Part shown: one piece after another, positions 20,870 through 28,908 of the stretch
Layout of the letters: each line of letters opens with the position of its first letter
Position numbering within the stretch: the stretch's first letter is position 1
NCBI GenBank assembly: GCA_963843975.1
Contig: CAWJMG010000003.1
Coordinates: 690,001-722,000 of the forward strand
DNA from: an uncultured Actinomycetes bacterium
GTDB lineage: Bacteria > Actinomycetota > Actinomycetes > S36-B12 > CAIYMF01
Direction: 5' to 3'
Length of the DNA stretch: 32,000 nucleotides
Made by a program: the position numbers and the translations under genes
Notes under the pieces: model-generated
The model's input: the letters and a program-made list of their open reading frames with translations, nothing else
What the model was told of the DNA's origin: nothing
Databases searched by the model: none

Positions 20870-21180
20870 CCCCGTACGGCGGTCAGCGCGGCACCGGTCG
20901 CGAACGCGCCGACGAACGCACCCGCCGCGCTGCTGAACGGGTTGTCGATGAAGGGCAGCCACGCCAGCAAGAACGTGCCCGTGCCGACGACAGCACCGCA
21001 CACCACACCCGCCACGAGGCCGGTGCGCAGCGACCTGCCCCACCGCCCGGGCGCCGCGCCAGGAGCCGCGACCTCTTTCGACGCCGACGCCTGTGCCGGC
21101 ACCGGTGCCTTGGCCGGCGTACCGGACAGGGATGCGTCCACCTCGCGCAGGAGCCGCTCGAGCTCGTCGTCACCACTCAT
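20866..21180 (-). CDS. Small membrane protein, unknown function
   Basis: 104 aa from ATG 21180. Acidic/helical N-terminus, a Pro/Ala linker, then two predicted TM segments. Third-position GC is consistent with coding. Confidence 0.55.
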   Translation of the reverse strand: MSGDDELERLLREVDASLSGTPAKAPVPAQASASKEVAAPGAAPGRWGRSLRTGLVAGVVCGAVVGTGTFLLAWLPFIDNPFSSAAGAFVGAFATGAALTAVRG

Positions 21181-21261
21181 GGGGCCATTGTCCGCCGCCA
21201 CGTGGCGTACGGCTCGCGCTTTCGACGGGCGATGGCGCCGCGGCGACGTACTCTGGCCCGC

Positions 21262-22488
21262 ATGTCCCGCCGCAGGCGCCTCCGAGGCACCGCAGCCGCA
21301 GCCTGCGCCGTCCTGCTGCTCGCTGCCTGCGGCACCGGATCGCACGACCTCGACGCGAACGCCGAGCCGACCGACGCCGCGTCCTCGGACCACGCGACGC
21401 ACGGGACGCCGAGTCCTCCGCCGTCGCCCGCACCGCTGCGGCCGCAGGAGAAGTTCGTGACGGTCGGCATCGCCGACACGCTCCCCGGGGGCGAGTACGT
21501 GCCCGAGGCACCCGACGGGGGCACCGACGACTACCGCTGCTTCCTCGCCGATCCCGGCGTCTCGGCCGACTCGTTCGTCACCGGCGTCCAGTTCCTCCCG
21601 CAGAACCCCGCCGTGGTCCACCACTCGATCGTGTTCCGCGTCGAGCCCGACCAGGTGGCGGCCGCGAAGGCCAAGGACGCGTCCGACCCGCGACCGGGCT
21701 GGCAGTGCTTCGGCGGCCCCGGCCTGCCCAGCAAGGGCCAGTCGGCGCTCGACGGCCTGGACGCCGCGCCTTGGCTCGCCGGCTGGGCCCCCGGCGGCCG
21801 CGAGAACACGTTCGCCGACGGCCTGGGCGTGCCGCTCGCCGCCGGCAGCCAGGTCGTGGTGCAGATGCACTACAACCTTCGCGTCGCCACCGGTGACGCC
21901 GCCGCCGACAACACCCAGATCCGGCTGCGCGTCTCGTCCCGCGACGACCTCACGGCGCTGCGCACGACGCTGCTCCCTGCGCCGGTCGAGCTGCCGTGCG
22001 CCGCGGGCCAGTCCGGACCTCTGTGCGAGCGCGGCACTGCCGTCTCGGACGTCGTGACGCGGTTCGGCGCGGGATCGCTGCGCACCATCGGGGGCCTCCA
22101 GCTCCTGTGCGGCGGCGACCCGTTCGCGCCGAAGTCGGGCGTGACGCAGAGCTGCACCCGCATCGTGCGCGCCCCGGAGACCGTCCGCGCCGCAGCGGGG
22201 CACATGCACCTGCTCGGCAAGAGCATCACGATCGTGACCAACGCAGGCACCGACCGTGAGAAGACGCTTCTCGACATCCCGGTGTGGGACTTCGACAACC
22301 AGTCCGCACAGCCGCTGGCCCAGCCCGTCTCCCTCAAGGCCGGCGACACCGTGACCGTCACCTGCACGCATGACGCGACCCTGCGCGACAAGCTGCCGGC
22401 GCTCCAGGACGTGCCCGACCGGTACGTGGTCTGGGGCGAGGGGACGACCGACGAGATGTGCCTCGGGATCCTCATCGTCTCGGAGTGA
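21262..22488 (+). CDS. Lipoprotein with PHM/DBH-like type II copper monooxygenase domains
   Basis: Signal peptide plus lipobox LLLAAC. Blocks align with rat PHM: DDYRCF, VVHHSIVF (CuH His-His), VVVQMHYN (CuH His), GHMHLLGKS (CuM HxH), TTDEMCLGIL (CuM Met). Confidence 0.8.
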   Translation: MSRRRRLRGTAAAACAVLLLAACGTGSHDLDANAEPTDAASSDHATHGTPSPPPSPAPLRPQEKFVTVGIADTLPGGEYVPEAPDGGTDDYRCFLADPGVSADSFVTGVQFLPQNPAVVHHSIVFRVEPDQVAAAKAKDASDPRPGWQCFGGPGLPSKGQSALDGLDAAPWLAGWAPGGRENTFADGLGVPLAAGSQVVVQMHYNLRVATGDAAADNTQIRLRVSSRDDLTALRTTLLPAPVELPCAAGQSGPLCERGTAVSDVVTRFGAGSLRTIGGLQLLCGGDPFAPKSGVTQSCTRIVRAPETVRAAAGHMHLLGKSITIVTNAGTDREKTLLDIPVWDFDNQSAQPLAQPVSLKAGDTVTVTCTHDATLRDKLPALQDVPDRYVVWGEGTTDEMCLGILIVSE

Positions 22489-22535
22489 CGTGACACGTCC
22501 GACACGACCGATCTGACCCGCACTCGTTCGAAGAC

Positions 22536-22552
22536 CGCTAGATGGTCTAGCG
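22536..22552. promoter_or_regulatory. Perfect 7-3-7 palindrome CGCTAGA-tgg-TCTAGCG overlapping a TANNNT (-10) hexamer just upstream of the MFS gene
   Basis: Read directly from the sequence. TAGCGT (22548-22553) ends 7 nt before GTG 22560, and there is no Shine-Dalgarno. Confidence 0.4.
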
Positions 22553-22559
22553 TTCTCCC

Positions 22560-24224
22560 GTGACCGACACCGGGACGACCATCAGCGCACCCACCGCCGC
22601 AGCGCGCCCGAGCTGGACGCCGATGATCTTCATCGGCCTCGGCACGGCGCTGTTCATCATGGACGCGACGATCGTCAACGTCTCGTTGCCCTCGATCATC
22701 CGCGACCTGGGGATCTCGTCGGTCGACGCCGAGTGGGTCAACGCGGTCTACGCGCTCATCTTCGCGGCGTTGCTGATCATCGCCGGCCGACTGGGGGACC
22801 GGATCGGGCGACGGCTGATCTTCGTCATCGGCGCGGTCATCTTCGGCGTCGCGAGCATCATTGCCGCCCGCACGGGTGACGGATCCGCGCTCATCGGTGC
22901 TCGCGCCCTGCAGGGCGTCGGCGGCGCGATGATGTCGCCGGCGTCGCTCTCGCTCCTGAACTCGATCTACATCGGCCGGGCCCGGCTGGTCGCCTTCGCG
23001 ATCTACGGCTCGATCATCGGCGGCATGGCCGCGATCGGCCCGCTGCTCGGGGGATGGCTCACCGAGCACCACTCGTGGCGCTGGGCGTTCTACATCAACG
23101 TGCCCGTCGTGATCATCATCGTCGTCGGCTCGCTGCTCAAGGTGCCCGAGAGCAAGGACGAGCACATCGAGAAGGGCTTCGACGTCCTCGGTGCAGTCCT
23201 GTCCGCCGTAGGTATCGGTGCCCTCGTGTTCGGCCTCATCGAGGGCCGCAGCTACGGCTGGGTGCGGACGACGGCCGACATCACCGTCGCGAGGATCACG
23301 TTCGCCGAAGGCTCGATCTCCCCGGTCATGTGGGCGTTCCTCGTCTCGGTCGTCGGCATCGGCTCGCTGCTCCTGCTCGAGAGCCGGCGGGCCGCCGTGG
23401 GCAAAGCGGTCCTGCTCGACCTCACGCTGTTCCGCATCGGCACGTTCAGCCTCGGCAGCATCGCGGGCCTCATCCTCAGCCTCGGCGAGTTCGGCATCCT
23501 GTTCTCGCTGCCGCTGTTCCTGCAGAGCGTGCTGGGCTACTCCGCCTTCGGCGCGGGCGCCATGCTCGCGACCCTCGCGATCGGCGCGTTCCTCGCGGGG
23601 CCGACGTCCGCCCGGCTCGCCGAAGCCCGGTCGCCGCGATTCGTGGCACGCATCGGCATGGGCCTGGAGTGCATCGCCATCCTGGGTCTCGGCCTCGTCC
23701 TGTCGACCACCGTCAGCGGCTGGCTCATCGCGTTCTGGCTCGTCGTGTACGGCGTCGGCGTCGGCTACGCGAGCGCGCAGCTGACGAGCCTCATCCTCGC
23801 CGACGTCCCGCGCCGCCAGAGCGGCCAGGCCTCAGGCACGCAGAGCACAGCCCGCCAGATCGGCTCCGCACTGGGCACCGCAGTGCTCGGCACCGTGCTG
23901 TTCGTGACGCTGTCCTCGAACACCGAGTCCAACCTCGCCTCCGTCCCCGGCCTCGACCAGGCGCAGGCGCAGGAGATCGCCCACATCGTCACCGAGTCGG
24001 CCGGCACGGCCATCCCGGGGCTCGCGGCACAGCCCGGGGGAGAGGCTGTGGCGTCGGCCGCGAGCGAGGCCTTCGCGAGCGCGATCAAGGTCACGGCGTA
24101 CACCGCTGCCGGCTTCGTCTTCCTCGGCCTGCTCGCCACCCTCGGCCTGCCGCCGAGCGGCGCCAAGCGCGAGGACGAGGATCCGACTCCGGACGAGCCT
24201 GCCCAGCAGGCCACCGCCGCCTGA
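22560..24224 (+). CDS. MFS transporter, DHA2 (EmrB/QacA, 14-TMS) drug:H+ antiporter family
   Basis: 554 aa. LFIMDATIVNVSLPSI, GRLGDRIGRRLIF (motif A), and a many-TM layout with a central loop. Confidence 0.9.
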   Translation: MTDTGTTISAPTAAARPSWTPMIFIGLGTALFIMDATIVNVSLPSIIRDLGISSVDAEWVNAVYALIFAALLIIAGRLGDRIGRRLIFVIGAVIFGVASIIAARTGDGSALIGARALQGVGGAMMSPASLSLLNSIYIGRARLVAFAIYGSIIGGMAAIGPLLGGWLTEHHSWRWAFYINVPVVIIIVVGSLLKVPESKDEHIEKGFDVLGAVLSAVGIGALVFGLIEGRSYGWVRTTADITVARITFAEGSISPVMWAFLVSVVGIGSLLLLESRRAAVGKAVLLDLTLFRIGTFSLGSIAGLILSLGEFGILFSLPLFLQSVLGYSAFGAGAMLATLAIGAFLAGPTSARLAEARSPRFVARIGMGLECIAILGLGLVLSTTVSGWLIAFWLVVYGVGVGYASAQLTSLILADVPRRQSGQASGTQSTARQIGSALGTAVLGTVLFVTLSSNTESNLASVPGLDQAQAQEIAHIVTESAGTAIPGLAAQPGGEAVASAASEAFASAIKVTAYTAAGFVFLGLLATLGLPPSGAKREDEDPTPDEPAQQATAA

Positions 24225-24245
24225 CCGGCGCCGGCCCGCGCTTCC

Positions 24246-25355
24246 GTGCTCGCCGCCTCCGGCCTCTACGGCCGCTACCTCGAGCCGATCGGCAGCGGGG
24301 TGGTGGTGTTCCTCCTCGCGTCCGTCGTGCTGGCGGTGCCGTTCCTCGTCCTGCAGTACCGCCGGCACGGGCGCGTCGAGTCCCGGAGCACCTGGGTCGC
24401 GGCCTCGTTCCTGCTCTACCTGATCTGCGCCTGGGCGCTGGTGCTGCTCCCGTTCCCTGCCGACATCGCGAAGTACTGCGCGACCACTGCGGCGAAGATC
24501 CAGCTCGTCCCCTTCCACTGGCTCTTCGAGACGATCCGCGAGGCCCAGAAGGAGGGCACCGGCATCACGTCGCTGCTCACCAACGGCCCGCTCGTGATCC
24601 GGGTGTTCAATCTCCTGCTCCTGCTGCCGCTCGGCGTCTACCTACGCCGCTGGTGGGGGCGCGGGTGGCTCTCCACGACCGCGATCGCGTTCAGCCTCTC
24701 GCTCGCCTTCGAGCTCACGCAGATCACCGGCATCTGGGGCCTCTACGACTGCTCGTACCGCACCTTCGACGTCGACGACCTCATCGCCAACACCGCAGGT
24801 GCCGCCCTCGGCTGGTGGGCAGCACCGGCCTTCCGGATCCTCCCGGAGCGTGGTGACAGCGCGACCGAGCCCCGCCCGGTCCGCGCATCGCTGCCGAGGC
24901 GCTTCCTCGCCACGCTCGTCGACTACGTCCTCGCCCTGGTGCTGGGCGGCCTGGTCGTGGCGGTCGTGGCGTCCCTGGTCCAGCTCGACGTCACGTCGAC
25001 GGTGGTCGGCCGGTGGACCCTGGTGACCGGTCTCGTGCTGGTGACCGTCCTCTGGCCGCTGGCTCGGGGAGCAACTCCCGGGCAGTGGTTCGTGCTCCTG
25101 CGCATGTCGACGGACGCGGGGGAGCGGCCGAGGCTCGGTGCCCTGGCTCTGCGCACTCTCGTTCTGTGGGGCCCCTGGGTGCTCGCCGGAGTCGTGGCGA
25201 GCGCATCGGCCGCGAGCCCCGTGCTCCTGCTGGCGGCCGTGCTGCTCTCACCGCTGTGGATCGCGGTCGTCGTCGCCATGACGCTCCGCGACGAGGACCG
25301 TCGCGGTCCGCACGAGCGACTCTCGGGCACCAGGACGATCGTCCGCCCTCGTTGA
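24246..25355 (+). CDS. VanZ-like domain fused to an RDD domain (membrane protein)
   Basis: The N-terminal half has VanZ hallmarks (N.LLLLPLG, FELTQ, FDVDDLIANTAGAALG). The C-terminal half has RDD hallmarks (RRFLATLVDYVL, GATPGQ, HERLSGTRTIV). Confidence 0.75.
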   Translation: MLAASGLYGRYLEPIGSGVVVFLLASVVLAVPFLVLQYRRHGRVESRSTWVAASFLLYLICAWALVLLPFPADIAKYCATTAAKIQLVPFHWLFETIREAQKEGTGITSLLTNGPLVIRVFNLLLLLPLGVYLRRWWGRGWLSTTAIAFSLSLAFELTQITGIWGLYDCSYRTFDVDDLIANTAGAALGWWAAPAFRILPERGDSATEPRPVRASLPRRFLATLVDYVLALVLGGLVVAVVASLVQLDVTSTVVGRWTLVTGLVLVTVLWPLARGATPGQWFVLLRMSTDAGERPRLGALALRTLVLWGPWVLAGVVASASAASPVLLLAAVLLSPLWIAVVVAMTLRDEDRRGPHERLSGTRTIVRPR

Positions 25356-25452
25356 CATCTGGTTGCGCGGTCGCTGCCAGCCGGGTTGACGATCGGTTGC
25401 GGCTGACTCGTGCCTGAGGTTGACAACAGGTTGCGCATGGGGTCGAGACGGC
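25351..25452 (+). repeat. Three tandem 34-bp units each beginning GTTGAC-N4-GGTTGCG
   Basis: Unit starts are 25351, 25385 and 25419. The 17-nt heads are conserved and the tails diverge. Confidence 0.85.
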
Positions 25453-25465
25453 GCATGCTGGAGGC

Positions 25466-25912
25466 ATGAGCCGATCGGTAGCAGCACTCCGCAGGCTGGA
25501 CCCCGTCACTGTCGCGGCCGAGATCTCGGGGAGCGTCGACGACCCCTGGACGCAGGAGTTCCTGCGCGCCCTGGACGCCCGCGTGCGCAGCGCGCCGCTG
25601 GAGCGGCTCATGGCGAGCTGGGACCTCACCGCCGCCGGTGCGGCCCGGGTGTTCGGCGTGAGCCGCCAGGCGGTGTCCAAGTGGCGGGGGAGCGGCGTCC
25701 CCGACGACCGGGCCGTCGCCCTGGCCGACCTCGTCGCAGCGACCGACGTCCTCGAGCGCTACGTGCGCCGCGACCGCATCCCCGCCGTCGTACGGCGACC
25801 CGCGGAGATCCTCGGCGGGCGCTCGCTGCTCGACCTCGCCGAGGCCGGCCAGCACGCCGACGTGCGCAGGGGAGCGGCGCGCATGCTCGACCTGCGCAGG
25901 GTCCAGGCGTGA
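25466..25912 (+). CDS. Xre-family antitoxin with C-terminal DUF2384 (MbcA/ParS-type toxin-binding) domain
   Basis: HTH LTAAGAARVFGVSRQAVSKW, followed by RRPAEILGGRSLLDLAEAG...ML. Its stop overlaps the RES gene start (GTGA). Confidence 0.8.
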   Translation: MSRSVAALRRLDPVTVAAEISGSVDDPWTQEFLRALDARVRSAPLERLMASWDLTAAGAARVFGVSRQAVSKWRGSGVPDDRAVALADLVAATDVLERYVRRDRIPAVVRRPAEILGGRSLLDLAEAGQHADVRRGAARMLDLRRVQA

Positions 25913-26488
25913 CCGAGCGCCCGGCGCGCCCGCGCCCCGGCCCCCGCGCCGTGGTGCTCGACGACGACCGCACGTGGTGGCGGGTGGCCGACGTCGCGTG
26001 GGACGACCCCGTCGATCCGGTCTGGGCCGACCGCGTGGGCGGCCGCTGGAACACGCCGGGGGACGGGCCCACCCTCTACCTGAACGCCGATGTCGACACC
26101 GCGCGCGCCCAGGTGGGCCGCCTGCTCGAGGGGACGGCGATCGACCCGGAGGACCTGCGCGACGACGCCCCCTTCGTGCTCGTCCCCGTCGCCCTCCCGG
26201 CCCGCCAGCGGGTGGCGGACGCGACGACCGACGTGGGGCTCGCTGCGCTGGGGCTCCCGCGGACCTATCCGCGACGCCCACGCGGCGGTGAGGTGCCGTG
26301 GACCGAGTGCCGTCGGTCGGCTCGGCTGGTACGCCGGGCGTCGTTGCGCGGCGTGCTGGCTCGGTCAGCCGCCTTCGACGGCGGTCAGGAGGCTCGCGTG
26401 GTTCCCGGCCCGCGCTGCCGAGGCGCGCGTCTCCGGCCGCGTGCGTGCGTTCGCCGAATGGCGCCACCCCGACGTCCAGCCGGGCTGA
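25909..26488 (+). pseudogene. RES-domain toxin (NAD+ phosphorylase family), frame broken near 26389-26395 as sequenced
   Basis: GGRWNTPG...LYL (Arg/Tyr region) and GVLARSAAF (Ser) lie in the first frame. The family-typical LAWFP... tail continues in the frame of ORF 26090..26488. Removing one base gives ~192 aa. Confidence 0.75.
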
Positions 26489-26547
26489 CGTCCCGAGCGG
26501 GATCCGGGGGACGGCCCTCGCGGCGCAGACCCTGGTTCCCGCTCGCG

Positions 26548-26583
26548 TGACATTACATAATGCTCATTATCGGATAACTGTCA
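26548..26583 (+). promoter_or_regulatory. AT-rich tract with CATAAT (-10-like) and 11-bp palindrome TTATCGGATAA upstream of the VOC gene
   Basis: Conspicuous AT-rich stretch. CATAAT at 26556-26561, palindrome at 26567-26577, GGGAG Shine-Dalgarno at 26584-26588, ATG at 26594. Confidence 0.4.
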
Positions 26584-26593
26584 GGGAGCACGG

Positions 26594-26998
26594 ATGAGCG
26601 CGACCACGCCCAGCCCCGCTCCGGCGGCCGCCGTCGTCTACTGCATCGACGAGCACCGGGTCGCCGCGTTCTACGCCGCGCTCGGCAGCCTGGAGACCGT
26701 CGAGACCGTCGACGGCGACTTCGTGACGCTGGAGTCCGCGCACCTGCAGCTGTCGTTCGTGCGCGTGCCGGCACACGTGGCCGCGGCGTACCCGCTGGCC
26801 GACCCCGTCGAACGGCGCAGCGAGACGCCCGTCAAGGTCGTCCTGCCCGTCGACAGCCTGGCGGACGCCCGTGCCGCTGCCCCGGCCCTCGGCGGCTCGG
26901 TCGACCCGGTCGAGCGTGAGTGGGAATGGCGCAGCGGACGCCACGTGGACGCCGTGGACCCCGAGGGCAACGTCGTCAGCCTGCGCGAGCCGCTCTGA
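26594..26998 (+). CDS. VOC (glyoxalase/bleomycin-resistance/dioxygenase) family protein
   Basis: 134 aa with a beta-alpha-beta-beta-beta style pattern. The C-terminal D.EGN.V.L ending is typical of small VOC proteins. Confidence 0.65.
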   Translation: MSATTPSPAPAAAVVYCIDEHRVAAFYAALGSLETVETVDGDFVTLESAHLQLSFVRVPAHVAAAYPLADPVERRSETPVKVVLPVDSLADARAAAPALGGSVDPVEREWEWRSGRHVDAVDPEGNVVSLREPL

Positions 26999-27046
26999 AC
27001 GCTTCCTGGCAAATCGTACGTAATCGAACATATCGGGGGATCAGCG

Positions 27047-27430
27047 TCAGCCGGCGTGGACCTGGTGCCCGGCCTCCCGCAGGGCCTCCACGGCCCGCTC
27101 GAGCGCCGCGGCGTGGACCAGGACGTAGTCGGTGTCGTACGTCGACACCACGAACACGCTGACGTCGACGTCGGCCAGCGGCTGGGTGAGCCCCGCCATC
27201 ACGCCGACCATCGAGAAATCGAGCGGCCCAGCGACCTCCAGCGCCCGCCAGTCGGGCTCCACCTGCACATGGTCGCCGGTCGGCGCCTCGTCCTCCGGGC
27301 ACACGATCGAGAGCTCGGAGTCGGTGCGCGTCACCGACCAGAAGCGCGCCCCGGGCTCGGGCACCGGCCAGGGGGACCCGGCGGGCAGCTTGCAGACGGA
27401 CAGGCGGTCGTCGAGCACTCGGAGGTCCAC
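27047..27430 (-). CDS. ACT-domain (CASTOR/ACT_7-type) small protein
   Basis: 127 aa, GTG start. L.VCKL......P.......F.SVTRT..ELSIVC.E, then GPLDFS.VGV.AGL...LA...VSVF..STYDTDY.LV, typical of this family. Confidence 0.7.
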   Translation of the reverse strand: MDLRVLDDRLSVCKLPAGSPWPVPEPGARFWSVTRTDSELSIVCPEDEAPTGDHVQVEPDWRALEVAGPLDFSMVGVMAGLTQPLADVDVSVFVVSTYDTDYVLVHAAALERAVEALREAGHQVHAG

Positions 27431-27543
27431 GGCCCCATCCTGCCCGCCTCTCCCCCGGCCCGTGGTTCACGTCCTGGTCAGGCTTCGGCGAGTCGAGGAC
27501 GCCGGGGCACCCGGTCCACCATCATCTGCCCCGGAGGTCACCC

Positions 27544-28905
27544 ATGTCCGCAGTGAGCACGGCGTCGCAGATCGATCCCGTCGAGCGCAGACGGGAGCAG
27601 CGAGGCTGGTACTGGTACGACTTCGCCAACTCGGCCTTCGTCACCACCACGGCGACCGTCCTCGCCGGGCCGTACATCACCGCCGTGGCCAAGACCGCGG
27701 CGTGCGGGACGTCGGACGGCGACTGCGACGTGCCCCTGTCGATCCTCGGGATCCAGGTCAGCGCAGGCGCCCTGTACTTCTACGCGATCACGCTGACGAC
27801 GATCCTGTCGGCGTTCCTGCTGCCTGTCGTCGGCGCGTTCGCCGACCGCAGCGGCACCAAGAAGCGGCTGCTTGCGACGTTCGCCTGGATCGGCTCGTTC
27901 TTCGCCGCGCTGCTGTTCTTCGTCCGCGACAGCAACTGGCAGCTCGGCGTCGCGTCGATGATGGTCGCGTCCCTGTGCCTCGGCGCGAGCCTCGTCGTGT
28001 ACGACGCGATCCTCATCGAGATCTCCACGCCCGACGAGCGCGACGGCGTCTCGAGCCGCGGCTGGGCGTTCGGCTACGTCGGCGGCGCACTGCTGCTCAT
28101 CGTCAACCTCGGCCTGCTCACCGCGATGTCCGACCAGGGCACCGCGGCGCGCATCAGCATGCTGTCGGCTGCCCTGTGGTGGGCCGGCTTCACGTTCGTG
28201 CCGTTCGTGCGGCTTCGCAACCGACCGCCGGTCAACGTCGAGAAGATCGACGGCGGCGTCATGCGTCGCAGCTTCGCCCAGCTCTGGCACACGCTCCAGC
28301 ACGCACGCGCCTACCCGATGACGCTGCTGTTCCTCGTGGCCTACCTGTTCTTCAACGACGGCGTGCAGACCGTGATCTACGCGTCCTCGGTCTACGGCAG
28401 CGAGGAGCTCGGCTTCGAGACCAAGATCCTGTTCATCGCGATCCTCGTCGTCCAGATCGTCGCGGTCTTCGGCGCGCTCCTGCTCGGCCGTCTCGCCGGC
28501 AAGTACGGCGCCAAGCGCGTGATCCTCGGCAGCCTCGTCGCCTGGATGTTCGTGATCGTCGGCGGCTACCTGATCCCGGAGAAGGCGGTCGTGCCGTTCC
28601 TCGTGCTGGCGGCGTCCATCGGGCTCGTGCTCGGCGGCACCCAGGCGCTGTCGCGGTCGCTGTTCTCCCAGCTGATCCCCCGCGGTCGCGAGGCCGAGTA
28701 CTTCTCGCTCTACCAGGCGATGGAGCGCGGCACCTCGTGGCTGGGCACCCTGGCGTTCGGCCTGGCCTTCACGGTCTTCGGCTCGTACCGCATCGCGATC
28801 GTGCTGCTGGTGGTCTTCTTCGTCCTCGGCGGCTTCCTGCTCAGCCGGGTCGACGTCCGCCGCGGCATCGTCGAGGCGGGCAACGAGGTGCCCGCAGTCG
28901 TCTGA
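27544..28905 (+). CDS. MFS transporter, UMF1/Atg22-like family
   Basis: 453 aa. The N-terminal RGWYWYDFANSAF and 12-TM layout are characteristic of UMF1. GGAGG Shine-Dalgarno 7 nt upstream. Confidence 0.85.
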   Translation: MSAVSTASQIDPVERRREQRGWYWYDFANSAFVTTTATVLAGPYITAVAKTAACGTSDGDCDVPLSILGIQVSAGALYFYAITLTTILSAFLLPVVGAFADRSGTKKRLLATFAWIGSFFAALLFFVRDSNWQLGVASMMVASLCLGASLVVYDAILIEISTPDERDGVSSRGWAFGYVGGALLLIVNLGLLTAMSDQGTAARISMLSAALWWAGFTFVPFVRLRNRPPVNVEKIDGGVMRRSFAQLWHTLQHARAYPMTLLFLVAYLFFNDGVQTVIYASSVYGSEELGFETKILFIAILVVQIVAVFGALLLGRLAGKYGAKRVILGSLVAWMFVIVGGYLIPEKAVVPFLVLAASIGLVLGGTQALSRSLFSQLIPRGREAEYFSLYQAMERGTSWLGTLAFGLAFTVFGSYRIAIVLLVVFFVLGGFLLSRVDVRRGIVEAGNEVPAVV

Positions 28906-28908
28906 CGG

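Noticed and set aside
25351-25452. CRISPR-like reading of the three 34-bp units
   Set aside because: There are only three units, the conserved part is 17 nt with 17-nt variable tails, and there are no cas genes. It sits in a promoter-proximal position, so it is treated as a regulatory direct-repeat array instead.
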